A stretch of 64,000 nucleotides of DNA from Octopus bimaculoides (taxonomy: Eukaryota), in contig NC_068985.1 in NCBI RefSeq assembly GCF_001194135.2, positions 25,505,291 to 25,569,290 on the forward strand, given 5' to 3'. The position numbers were made by a program, and so were the translations under genes. Shown here one piece after another: positions 15,872-28,697 of this stretch. Numbering within the stretch: the first letter of the stretch is position 1; each line of letters starts with the position of its first letter. The notes beneath the pieces are model-generated. The model ran no database searches and was not told the origin of the DNA. It saw only the letters and a program-made list of their open reading frames with translations.

Positions 15872-18860
15872 TCTCTCTCTCTCTCTTTCTCTCTTATTCT
15901 TTCTTTGGCCTACATGCCTTAGGTTACTGAATACTCTTCTCTTTTACTATGTACAAGGTACTTCAGCTCTTGCATTGTGTCTTTGACAGACAACGCTGCA
16001 CTATCTCTAGAAGTGAATAGTGAGTGAGGCTACCTCCTTAGAGCTGGTTCCCCCACCACAAAAAAAAAAAAAAAGAAATGCACTCTGTAAATGTATTATT
16101 AAATGAGCAATGTAGAATTGTAAGTGCCTATTAATCCTATTCTATCCCACCAAAGTCAATTCAATCCCTCAAGTGTCTATGATATAAAAAAATGCACCCA
16201 GCACATCATGTAAAATAGTTGTTGATAAGAAGGGTGTCCAACCATAGAAGCCTAGCCAAATGATATGTATGAGCAGCAGTCTTTAGGAACTATCTTTCAA
16301 TAAGAAATGACACTGTCCATGACAACTTATCCAACCCATACTAGTATAGAATGCAAACAAAATAATGACGATGGTGAACTTGTGAAAATGAATATAATGT
16401 ATTTAATATGATGAATTACCAAATGAAAGGAGATGGGAAAAAGAAATGGCTTAAATTTGGTCAAAAATAAGCAAAAACAAAATGCTATTTATTGCAGTAA
16501 ACGATTATTCAAATTCTGTCTTTACAATTATAAAATTCTTACATCATAGGATGTCGTGTTTTCATCAGTTCTAAGGTTTTCTTTGACAGTCACTTCTCCA
16601 GTTTGTTCATCAAAATTAAAATAGTAAGGTGTCACTCCACTAGGGAGGAGACGGAATTTTATGCTACCCTGCAAAATGAAATAGCAAAATATTAGCCTTC
16701 TGAAATGTTACATTCAGTTTTATTTTTTCATTCTAAGATTTAACATTATTTTCTTTAAGAGCAAAGCATAAAAATAAAAAAATGTGGAAAACAACCTTTT
16801 CCAAAAGCTTTCCTGCCACATAGGTTTTATTTAATAGGAAAATGGAGATGTTTATTTTTAAATACTTTTGAAGCTAAAAGATGAAATTAGCTTGGTTGAA
16901 ACCATACAGCATGCCATTTCAATGGTGTATTGTTGCAATGGAATGATTGGTTATAATGATTTAGGCACCGACCTTTTGGTAAAGCTATTTTGGCAATAAC
17001 TTGAAAAGGACTTGGACTTAAATATTTATGGTTTATTAAGACACAGCTGAATAATATATTAGTATTATTGCAATTACCAATGGTCGCAGTAACCATTTCC
17101 AACAAATTATATCAGCTAATAAGTTTTATCTTTCCCTAAATATTATTAGTATTTTAACTTGTAGCTAAGTAACTATTGCTTGAGAAAGGTTACTAGCAGA
17201 CACTAAAAATTATTTTTGAAGTTAAAAAAACAAAACATTTTTCTATTATAGAAGATGACTGGACGTCACAGTTTCATGTCCAAGGACTCATAGGGCTGGT
17301 CACCCAATTTTCATGGCAAGTAAGTGACTGAAATTACAACTTGCCCCTTGAATAGGATTTCAGTCCATCTCAGGGTTACTCATTTACAGCTGAGTAGACT
17401 AAGGCAAAAGGTGAAATGAAGTGTTTAGCTCAAGAACACAATGCACTGCCTGGTCCAGGAACTGAAACCACGATCTTGTGATCATGAGTGCAACACCCTA
17501 ACCACTATGCCACTAGATGATTAGATGGATATGTGATTTGAAATTACTTCATTGTCTTGGTCTGTAGCTTGTATTGTACCAACGCGATCATTCTTGGGTA
17601 GTAATTCAGAAATTCGCCATGTGAAAGGTCTCAATAACTGTGGACGATTCTGATCCCGTAAGACTCTAATTGTAACAGTAGCTGTACTGGTTTTGACTGG
17701 ATATCGTTGATCACTGGCAATCACTTGGAACTGAAATGAGAGTTACAAAATTAAATATGAAATAAGTATGTTAGTTTTTCCTTTTCCTTTAACTCATTTT
17801 ATTTTTATATTTTGATCTAAAGGTACTTGTAAAATCCAGCACTGAATAAGAAGAACAGAAATTCATTATTCCATTTTATTAGAATAGTTAGCAAAGAGAA
17901 TCTTTAATTATTTTTCAGATATGTTTTGTGTGACATTGTTTTGTGCTTGTGCTTCAATTAAAATATCTTTTCTAATTCATAATTTCAGATTAAAACTCTG
18001 GCTTTAATGCACAAGGAATAATACTCAGCTAATTCAGTCTCCTTTACTGTGTACTTTGTTCAGAGCTTATTGAGAATAGTCTTTAGATAGAGCAAGAACA
18101 CTTTAAATGAGAAATTTCACAAAATTCTGATCTCTGTTATAATATCAAACACAAATCTTCCTATCAGTAATCTGAATTGCTATTTCTTTTAATCATCATG
18201 TTGAAAATGCTATATATAGGTTATTGGGGTCAACCTAAAGTAAAGGCAGAAGTAAGCAATTTGATATCAATGCAAACTAACCAATCAAATAATTCAGGGA
18301 CCTGGCAGTGAAATATCTCTTCCAACCTGCGGCATTTGAGACGTTTGGAGGGACTGGGTCACTAACCACGAAGTTCTTGTCATCGTTGGCAGCTCACGTC
18401 ACCAAGGTGTCAGGTGATGCTTGTGAGGGTGCTTGGTTTTTCCAATGCCTTAGCCTCAACATAGCCCATGGTAATGCTGCAAGTGTGCTGGCTTGCTTCA
18501 GTAAGTTTTGTTGAACCTTGTGGTGTGCAGCCAATTGAAGCACTTGGTGCTGCATAGATGCTTTTCTTTTTTTTTTTCTATTTTATTCTCTTTTTCTCTT
18601 ACCTTTTTACTTTTTTTTCCACTTTTCCACTTTTTTTCTTTTCTTTGTCTTTCTTTTGTAAAGACTATATTAGTTCTCAAAATAATGACAGTAATGTGAA
18701 TTAAATAATGAAGTAATTTAAGTAAAATTATATAGTTACTCATTAATGAAACCTGCCAAAAATGTACTGCAGAATGAAAACTCACTCTAAAGTATTTCAA
18801 AAAAATTCTGTTTTTATTTATTCATTTATTTATTTAATTACTTCTTTATATTTTGCTTGT

Positions 18861-18891
<31 letters not shown>

Positions 18892-21586
18892 TTCATTCAT
18901 TTATTTATATATTTATTTATTGTTCATAGTACCACCGGACTGGCCCTCATGCCAGTAGCACGTAAAAAGCACCCACTACACTCTCGGAGTGGTTGGCATT
19001 AGGAAGGGCATCCAGCTGTAGAAACTCTGCCAGATCAGATTGGAGTCTGGTGTAGCCATCTGGTTCGCCAGTCCCCAGTCAAATCGTTCAGTCCTACAGT
19101 GTAGCACCCTAGATAAGTACCTTCTACTATATATAGCCCTGGCCTGACCAATGCTTTGTGAGTGAATTTGGTAGGCAGAAACTGTGGAAGACTGCATATA
19201 TGTCTATATATGTGTATATATGTGTGTTTCTTTGTACTTGTACTTGTCCCCATTCTCAGCTGCTTGATAACTGGTCTTAGTTTGTTTATATCCCAGTAAC
19301 TTAGTAGTTTGACATGTAGAAGTACTGGGGTCAATTTGTTTGATTAAACCCATGAAAGCAGTGCCCCAGCATGACCACAGTCCAATGACTAGAACATATA
19401 AACAGTTGAAGACAAAATATATTATGAAATTGGTTAAATGATGAAAAATAAAAATAAAAAAAATAAAATAAAAATACTTCCCCTTTAATCTCTAATACTT
19501 ACAGTGTATATGTTGGTGGTGTTATCCCGATTGAGAGGTTGCTTTACATAAATAGTGCCATCATTTCTTGAAATGAAGAAATACTGATAAGCATTGTTGT
19601 TCACTGGATCTATCATTTCATAGTCGACAGTATCCTGCAAATAGTACACAGACAATTCACAACACTATATTGTGATGGCATTTTCCTTAAATAAGTTTGA
19701 GGAAATTTGATAAAATATGACAAGCTAGGCAAAAACTTAATTTTTAACTGTCATAGTAAAATATATTGATTTGCATACATTACATTACATTTGGTTTTCA
19801 TTGTGCCTTGTGGCACTTGAGGCAGCAGCAAGATCATTCCACCTAACACTGAAAGCATCCTTGACAGCTTGTTCCATTGTTGACACTCTGCTTTTAAGAT
19901 CTTTTGTTATTTTTTCTGCCATGTTTCCTTTGGTCGGCCATGTTTTCCTTTACCCTGTGGAACCCATTGCAAAGTGATCCTGACAAATGAGTTCACTTTA
20001 TAGCAACAAACTCGACCCAGCCATTTTTCCTTGCTTCAATAGTTTCTCTTATTTGTTTCACATTAGACTTGGTTTGTAGTTGGCTATTTGAGGTCATATT
20101 CATCCAGTAGGTCTTCATAATTTTTTGTAAACATTTATTTTGAACCACCTCCAATTTTTTTTTTTACATGTCATGGGTTTATATATTATATTTGATTAGT
20201 GATACACTTCTCATGTTGATCTGTGTGTGACGATCCAGTATGAGCAGAATTATGACCAATGAAATCTAGACTCTGACTATCTTTAATAATTTCTCTTATG
20301 CAATTATTTGAATACATTCTGTTCATCTAAAATTCTGTCTCCATACTAACTCTACACATGCATATTGAAGAAAACTTATCTTATTGTGTCTGTTTTTTCT
20401 CTCTGCTTTCTTAATTACAGTGTGCTTGACATTCAAGACCCCTACACTGGACAACATATATTAATCCTTTATAGCGAGATCGTTGCCAGTGCCCCTGGAC
20501 TGGCTCTTGTGCAGGTGGCACATAAAATACACCATTTTGAGCGTGGCCGTTGCCAGTACCGCCTGACTGGCCTTCGTGCGGGTGACACATAAAAGCACCC
20601 ACTACACTCTCTGAGTGGTTGGCGTTAGGAAGGGCATCCAGCTGTAGAAACTCTGCCAAATCAGATTGGAGCCTGGTGTAGCCATCTGGTTCACCAGTCC
20701 TCAGTCAAATCGTCCAACCCATGCTAGCATGGAAAGCGGACGTTAAACGATGATGATGATGATGATCAATCCTCAGTAAGACCCTTGTCAGCTGCTCTCC
20801 AGCTATCTATTTAAAGCTGTATATGACTATGGTCCATCCACACTTACAGTTTGCATCACCAGTCTGGAATTCTAAATATTATTATTATTATTATTATTGA
20901 TTACAAATTGTAAACCTTGTTATCTTTAATTATTTAGGCCACTAAATAACTAGATAGGTACATAACTTGAATCTATATCATTGTCTGGGTCTTCAGCTTG
21001 TATTGTATCAATGAGTTCATTCTTGAGTAACAAATTCGCCATATGAAAGGGGCCAAAAACTGTGGATTATTCCAAAACAGAAGTTTTGAAAGGTTCAACA
21101 GATTCAACGATAATAAAAATATAGGTGGTGTTGGTGATGGTGCTGATGGTAACTATTATAGTGATGATAACAATAAGAATAATGATGATGAAGGTGGTAA
21201 AGTTAAAGTCTGGAAAACTGGGACTTACGCCATCACTGTCAGTTGCTGACACCCTCAGCACTGATGAACCTGCACTCAAAGACTCTCTGATATCTTTGGT
21301 ATAACTTCTTGATAAAAATATTGGAGTATTTGGGTTTCGTCTGACATTAACAATGAGGGTAGTTGTTGCAAAATTGTTTGGTTCTGCTGAATCATAGGCT
21401 TTAAGTTCAAGCTGCAATGACATGCATTGGCTCATTTCAATAAAAAATGTATAATGAAAAAAGTAGCTTTTTACCAAATTTTTTAAATTTACATTTCAAA
21501 AGCAAATAATTTTAAATGTAATTAACAATTTGACATTTGGGATTGATAAAATCAAGTATCAAAAACGATGGTATCAACTAAACCCA

Positions 21587-21636
<50 letters not shown>

Positions 21637-23803
21637 ATTTCTGATAAGGTTTGCTTTGCCTTTCAGCCATTCAGGGTCGATAAAATAAGTACTTTTTGAG
21701 CACTGTGTAGATGTTATCTACTACCCCTTCACCCTCAAAATTGCTGGCCTTGTGGCAAAATTTGAAACTATTATATGTATATTTATATTTAGAGAGAGAG
21801 AGAGAGTGTGATTGGAAGAGGCAAAATTATAATAATGACTGAAAAGGAGAAGTCTAGTTACATTAGAACAATGACTTCATATCTGGTGCAAACCTTTCAT
21901 AATATTTATCCAGGTCTCTTGCTTCTATGTTGCTATTTTCACTTCATTTTGACATAAATATCACATCTGTGGATTTGACCTGTGATAGTTCAGAACTATT
22001 ATCTATGGGCAAAATTAGCTCTAATTTTCTTAACCCCCATAAATCTGAAACATGCACAAATTTTATGATTGCTAGGATTTGAGAAGAATTGAAAATTTTA
22101 ATGCTTGCATGATCCCTATGAAATAAATTTAATGAATTCATTGGGTCATGAATTTGGGGCATCAAGAAATAAATTATGCATAAAAAAAGAATAAATATAG
22201 AAACCAAAATGAAATTGATAAAACTAAAAGGCTAAGCAATAGACATCTCTATCAAGTAACATAATTATACTCTCTATTTTTTCTTTCCTTTTATATTTTA
22301 AAAACTTTAATCTTAGAATGTCCTAATGAATCTAGTAAACAAACTAGTTACAAATATGTAATCATAATGTAAAATGTATTATTATTGTAGCTTACCCTAT
22401 AAGAAACTACAAGATCATTTAGTAGTGACGTTTTCAGGGAGATATCTCCAGTATTTGCATTTATTTGGTAAAAGTTTTGAGCATGTGAATCTCCAGTCAG
22501 TTCGTAAACAATTTGTTGCTTAAAAAAAGAAATAAAAGGAAAAAAGAAAACAATTAGCCATGAGAAAGTTTCTTTGAAATGCATTAGTCTAACTCATTCT
22601 TCAAATAATTCATTTGCATGTAAATTAGGCAAGTAAATAAAATTTTTCAGTTAAATTCTGTTTGATATTTGCTAATTTATAAGAGATTCAAGGAGTAAAA
22701 ATTTTGATCTACAACTAATAAATGTAGACCTATAAATCAAAAATATAGGTTTATAATTTATGCAACTGTTTCACATTTTTATACCTATTGTCAACATACA
22801 TATACAGTATAATTTGAAAAGGGTAAAGACCTTCTTTGGACATGAATGACCATAGGATTGCACCAAGAAAGTTACCTTCTGAGGCACAAGTCTAGGTAAG
22901 GTTGTTTTAATGGGAGACCAGCAGTTGCCAATGAATATCAGCCTCCCCACTCTATGCCACCAGTGTTATTCAAGGTAAAGACAAAAGCTGATACAGCTTG
23001 GCACCAGTGACATTGCAACTCATTTTTACAGTTGATTGAACTGGAGTAGCACAAAATAAAGTGTGTTGCTCAAGAACACAACACACAGCCCAGTCTAAGA
23101 ATCAAACTCACTATTTCATGATTGTGAGCCCGACACTCCAACCACTGAGCCATGCACCTTCACTAGACTTAAAACCATAAGCCACATTATTTTTTCCTTG
23201 ATTAATTCTAGTTTAGAAAAAGAAAATAATGAAATAATAGACATGTTAATGATAATAAAATAAATAATTATACATACTAAAGAAACCAAATTTTTTTTTT
23301 TAAGGTTAACTTTTGATATAATTTGGCATTTTTAGATATTAGAATTTTGACTGAATTGTCTTAAGTTTGACATTTTTATTTGAAGTAATATTGTTAAATG
23401 ATTGTTAAACATTTCAAAGATATGAAATAATGACAGCAGTTAACCATACAGTAACAATAACATAGTAGTGAAATGATACCAAAATTCCATTTTCTTAGTT
23501 TTGCAATATATGAATGATGTGTAACAGAAATTTTGGCAAGAGAAATTTATGCAGTCTTACCTTTAGGGCTCTATGAGTAGCTCTGGCAACAAACAGTTGT
23601 GTATTTACAGCGAAAGAATCATCGATGGTCACATCATTAGGTGGTGGAGAGGTAAAGAAAGGTTTCAGAGTAGGTATCACATTAATGGTAACAATAGTTT
23701 TGGCAGTTTTGGTTCCATCAGTAACTTCGACATCAAACTGTTCAAGTGAAAAAGGAAGTAGTAAATGAGAGAGTAAGTGAGTGAAAGAGAGAGAGAGGGG
23801 AGA

Positions 23804-23877
<74 letters not shown>

Positions 23878-26800
23878 ACTTACTGCAATATCCAACAGCT
23901 AGCTATATATGATGATGATGAGATTTTAAAGGAAATTATACTCACAACATATTGTTTTAAGTTGTTATTAAGGCTTTTCTTTAGGATAACATCGCCATTA
24001 TATGGTGCCACATAGAAAGTTTCCCGGTCATCAAGATCTCCTTTCATAGAGAATGTCAGTTGATCCTGAAATATTTAATTGTTTCTTTTAATAATAGCAA
24101 TAAATTGAAAAATGAAATAACACTGAAAAAGAAAAATTACAATCCTTTCTAATATAGACACAATGTCTGAGAATTGGCAGGAGGGGTAAGTCAATCACAC
24201 CAACCCCAGTACTTTATTGATACTTATTCTATTGACCCCAAAAGGATGAAAGGCAAAGTCAACCTCAGTGGAATTTGAACTCATAAGGTAAAGATAGATG
24301 AAATACCTGTAAACAAGGCCAATGCCAGAAAATTCTGCACCCTACAATAGCAACATATTGAGTGCCTCGTTCTTATAGCAACAATAGCAACACAATGAGT
24401 ACCCCATGCTTGTAGTTATGACTGCTGAATATGAGGTCTGATCAATAAGTATCTGGACTGTTGCCATAATAACGAAGCTAAAGCACGCAAAGTGAAACCA
24501 CTTGCCACAGATTGACCTTAAACTCTGCTATGCATGTGCACTAAGTTTTTACATTCTAGCTCACTTTTGCTATTTACAGCAGTGTTTGGAAGGGAGGTGT
24601 GTAGCGTGTGATCATCGCATTGACCATGACAGAGAAAGTTGTCATGGTGATACCTGCTTAGAGGTCTATGCAAAGTTGCAGAAAGTGTATGGAGATGAGT
24701 GTATGAACTGCACATAAGTGTACAAGTGGTTCAGATGTTTACAAGATGGCCAAAAAAAATGTTGATATTGACGAATGTTCTGAGAAAGCCACAACCAGCA
24801 GAACAGAAAGATGTGCATGCAGCTGTGAAGGGAAATCGTTGAATCACCATCCATGAGTTATCAGAGGATGTGCAGATTAGTTACAATTCAGTTCAGTCCA
24901 TTATCACTGAGGATTTGGATATGAGACGTGTGTCTACCAAGTTTGTGCCAAAACTGCTTTCAACTGACCAAAAAGACACCCGGGTTTCAGTTGCACAAAA
25001 TCTCTTTGAATGATGAAAACTTTTTGAAAACTTTGTGTAGGCCTCTGAGCAGGTAACGACAAACTTTTGACAAAATTTGATGCAGATTCTTTGCTCAACT
25101 TTCTCTCGTCATGATCAATACAATGATCACACGCTACACGCCTTCCTTCCAAGCACTGTCATAAACAGTAGAAATTAGCTAGAATGTTAAAATTTAGTGC
25201 ACATATACAACGGAGTTCAAGGTCAATTTGTGGCAAGTGGCTTTATTCTGTGTGCTTTAGCTTCATTACTATGGCAACAGTCTAGATACTTATTGATCAG
25301 CCCACATACAGCTGAGTATAGTAGCTTCTGATATATTATTTTCTACTATAGGTACAAGTCCTGAAATTTGGGGGAAGTGGGTAGGTCAATTACATCGCCC
25401 CCAGTACTCAAATGGTACTTATTTTACTAACACCAAAAGGGTGAAAGGCAAAGCGTAAAGTTAGAGCGTAAAGATGGACAAAATGCCGCTAAGCATTTTG
25501 TACAGCATGCTGACAATTCTGCCAGCTCACCGCCTTAAAACTTATGATATATGTATGGTTTTATACTGAATCAATAGTTTAGACGATGATGTTTCAATTT
25601 TCTGCAGCTTCAAAAGGATCATTAGACCGCTTCAGCAATTCCTCATGAAGCAGATACAATAAATATACTAGCACTACAGATAAAAAAAAGTATTTGTCAC
25701 ATACTTTTGTTGGTAATGTTGTTTAGCTGCGTGTCAGTCTTGATCAAAGGCTTTCCAACCCTGACCATCCTCTCATTTCAGGAGTATAAAGGTTACATTA
25801 TCTATGTTCCCTCTTTTTTAAAATGAGAGAGAAGTAGATATGATTTGAGGGAAATTTAGCTATTATGTCTAGCAGCTCATCTAACCATGTAGATCCCTCT
25901 TGGATTGCTTATCATCCAATATTGAATCATAGAAAAAGTGTACAGTATTGCAGTCAATTTCCTACTTTATTATTTTTCTGTATATCTAGAATTTGATAGT
26001 AAATGCTGCATAAGCATGTAAAATGTGAACTCAGTTGTTCTGAAAATGATGTTTGTTCAAGATTTATTTTTGATAACTTAGCAACTTAGCACAGAATTTG
26101 GACATACAGTTGTCATGAGAGTTTCTTCCCATGCAAGGGACAAGCGAATGTTGGGAGGTGCTGTTGTAGTATAGATGTTGCTTAGCTCTGGGTTGACCCT
26201 GACCTATGATCAAAGGAATTTTAGTCATTACCATCCTGTCTTTTTTAGGGGTATCTAGGACTACATTATCAACTGTGCCCTTCTCATTTTCACTTTAAAA
26301 TGATAGGGTGAAATGTGAGGATAATTCAGCTGCTGCTTCAAGTAGGTGAATTGGAAATGTAGAAACTTCTTCGTTGGTTTAAATAAGGATGTGTTTATTA
26401 ATGTATATGATTTAGACCCTAAGAGAGAATTTCCTCTTAAACATTACATTGAGTCTTAGAACAAGGTACATCTCTCTGATTGTTCAGACCACATCATATC
26501 AAATTAGATCCCAAGGCTATTTCATTACGATTGGCAAAAATACAAATGAGTGACTTGATCATATGTGACTTCCTAATTAAAAAGTGGAAATAAGCTCCAA
26601 ATTACAAATAAACAAATAAATTAACCTAACAAAAAAATTGGATGAAAAAATCAACAAAAATATGAATAATATAATGAAATTATCATACCCCATCGAGATC
26701 TGAAGCAAATATCTTCCCAACAATTGTACCGGCTGATGCAGAATTTGAAATATTGAAAACAAATAGACTTTGAACTTGGGGTCCATTGGGATTGAGATCA

Positions 26801-28602
26801 ACTCTCACTGTGGCATTGGTATAGCCCTTTACATCTGGATTCAATGGATCAAATACTGCTAAACGAAGCTGAAAATAAAAGAAAGTTGAAGCAAACAATT
26901 AACAACAGATTACAGATTTCAGCAGGTTTATTTTTAATATTTTACTTTTACTTCAATCATTGCAGGTGGCATGTAAAATACACCATTTTGAGCGTGGCCG
27001 TGCCAGTACCACCTGACTGGCCTTCATGCCGGTGGCATGTAAAAGCACCAACTACACTCTCAGAGTGGTTGGCGTTAGGAAGAGCATCTAGCTGTAGAAA
27101 CTCTGCCAAATCAGATTGGAGCCTGATGTAGCCATCTGGTTCGCCAGTCCTCAGTCAAATCGTCCAACCCATGCCAGCATGGAAAGCGGACATTAAACGA
27201 TGATGATGATTGGACTGTGGTCATGTTGGTGCACCACCTCAAAGGGTTTAACCAAACGAATCAACTCCAATATTTTTTTTTTTAATCTGGTACTTACTTT
27301 ATTGGTCACTTTTGCTGAACTACTAAGTTACAGGGATACTAACAAACCAGCATCAGTTGTCAAATGGCAGGTGAGGGGAGGGGAAAACACAAACACAAAG
27401 ATGCATGCGCAAACACACATACACAGCAAACTTCCACACAGATTTTTGTCAAATGAATTCACTCACAAGGATCTGTCAGTTCAGTGCTGTAGTAGAAGAC
27501 ACTTGCACAAAGTGCCTTGCAGAGGAACTGAATCCAAAACCACGTGGTTGCAAAGCAAGCTTCTTTACTAAACAGTCAATACCTGGTAGTGTTTATGCTA
27601 TAATTTGAATATGTGCAGGAGTGGCTGTGTGGTAAGTAGCTTGCTTACCAACCACATGGTTCCGGGTTCATTCCCACTGCGTGGCACCTTGGGCAAGTGT
27701 CTTTTACTATAGCCTCGGGCCGACCAAAGCCTTGTGAGTGGATTTGGTAGACGGAAACTGAAAGAAGCCCGTCATATATATGTATATATATATATATATA
27801 TGTATGTGTGTTTGTATGTCTGTGTTTGTATGTCTGTGTTTGTCCCCCCACCATCGCTTGACAACCGATGCTGGTGTGTTTACGTCCCTGTAACTTAGCG
27901 GTTCGGCAAAAGAGACTGATAGAATAAGTACTAGGCTTACAAAGAATAAGTCCTGGGGTCGATTTTCTCGACTAAAGGCGGTGCTCCAGCATGGTCGCAG
28001 TCAAATGACTGAAACAAGTAAAAGAGTAAAGAGTAAAGAGTATAGCAATATTAGATTATTATGAAGCAGAATGTCCATTCTATTAAAAATTTTGGACTAC
28101 ACAACATACATTTCTGAGCTTAGACCTAACCAAAGTTTGTGCTGTATTTCTGGACAATGTTAAACTGCTTTAGTTGGTTTGATCAACGTTAGATTCTGCT
28201 ACTAACTCACAGATTAATAGTTTGCAGTCTAAAAGAGACCTGACTATAATAATTGCTTCTAATTCAGCCACAAAGCCAGCAATTTTAGGAGGCAGGTTCT
28301 ATATGGTTGCATTGGTTCTAATACTGGACTGGTGCTTTTGTTTATCAACTCCAAACTGATGAAAGACAAAGATGATCGTGGTAGGATTTTGATCGTATAA
28401 CCTAAAGAGCCAACAGAAATACTGTAAGGTATTTTATCTGAGGTTCTCACATTTCAGTTAATTCAACATCCACTCTCATCATATTCATGATAATATAGAA
28501 AGATAAGAATAAGGTAACATATTAACAAGCAAGAAAGTGAGGAATAAGAATTTGATAGATAGACAGATAGATAGACAGATAGATAGACAGATAGATAGAC
28601 AG

Positions 28603-28633
<31 letters not shown>

Positions 28634-28638
28634 GATAG

Positions 28639-28697
<59 letters not shown>

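Noticed and set aside
16887-17105. FQVIAK similar to the E28 start FQVIAS
   Set aside because: The match is limited to about 5 residues and the remainder is unrelated; treated as chance
28259-28450. [20 protein letters not shown]... as a possible extra A exon
   Set aside because: No cadherin motif pattern in any frame; the 3' part is a SINE family 1 fragment; A/B alternation is already complete (E21 to E22)
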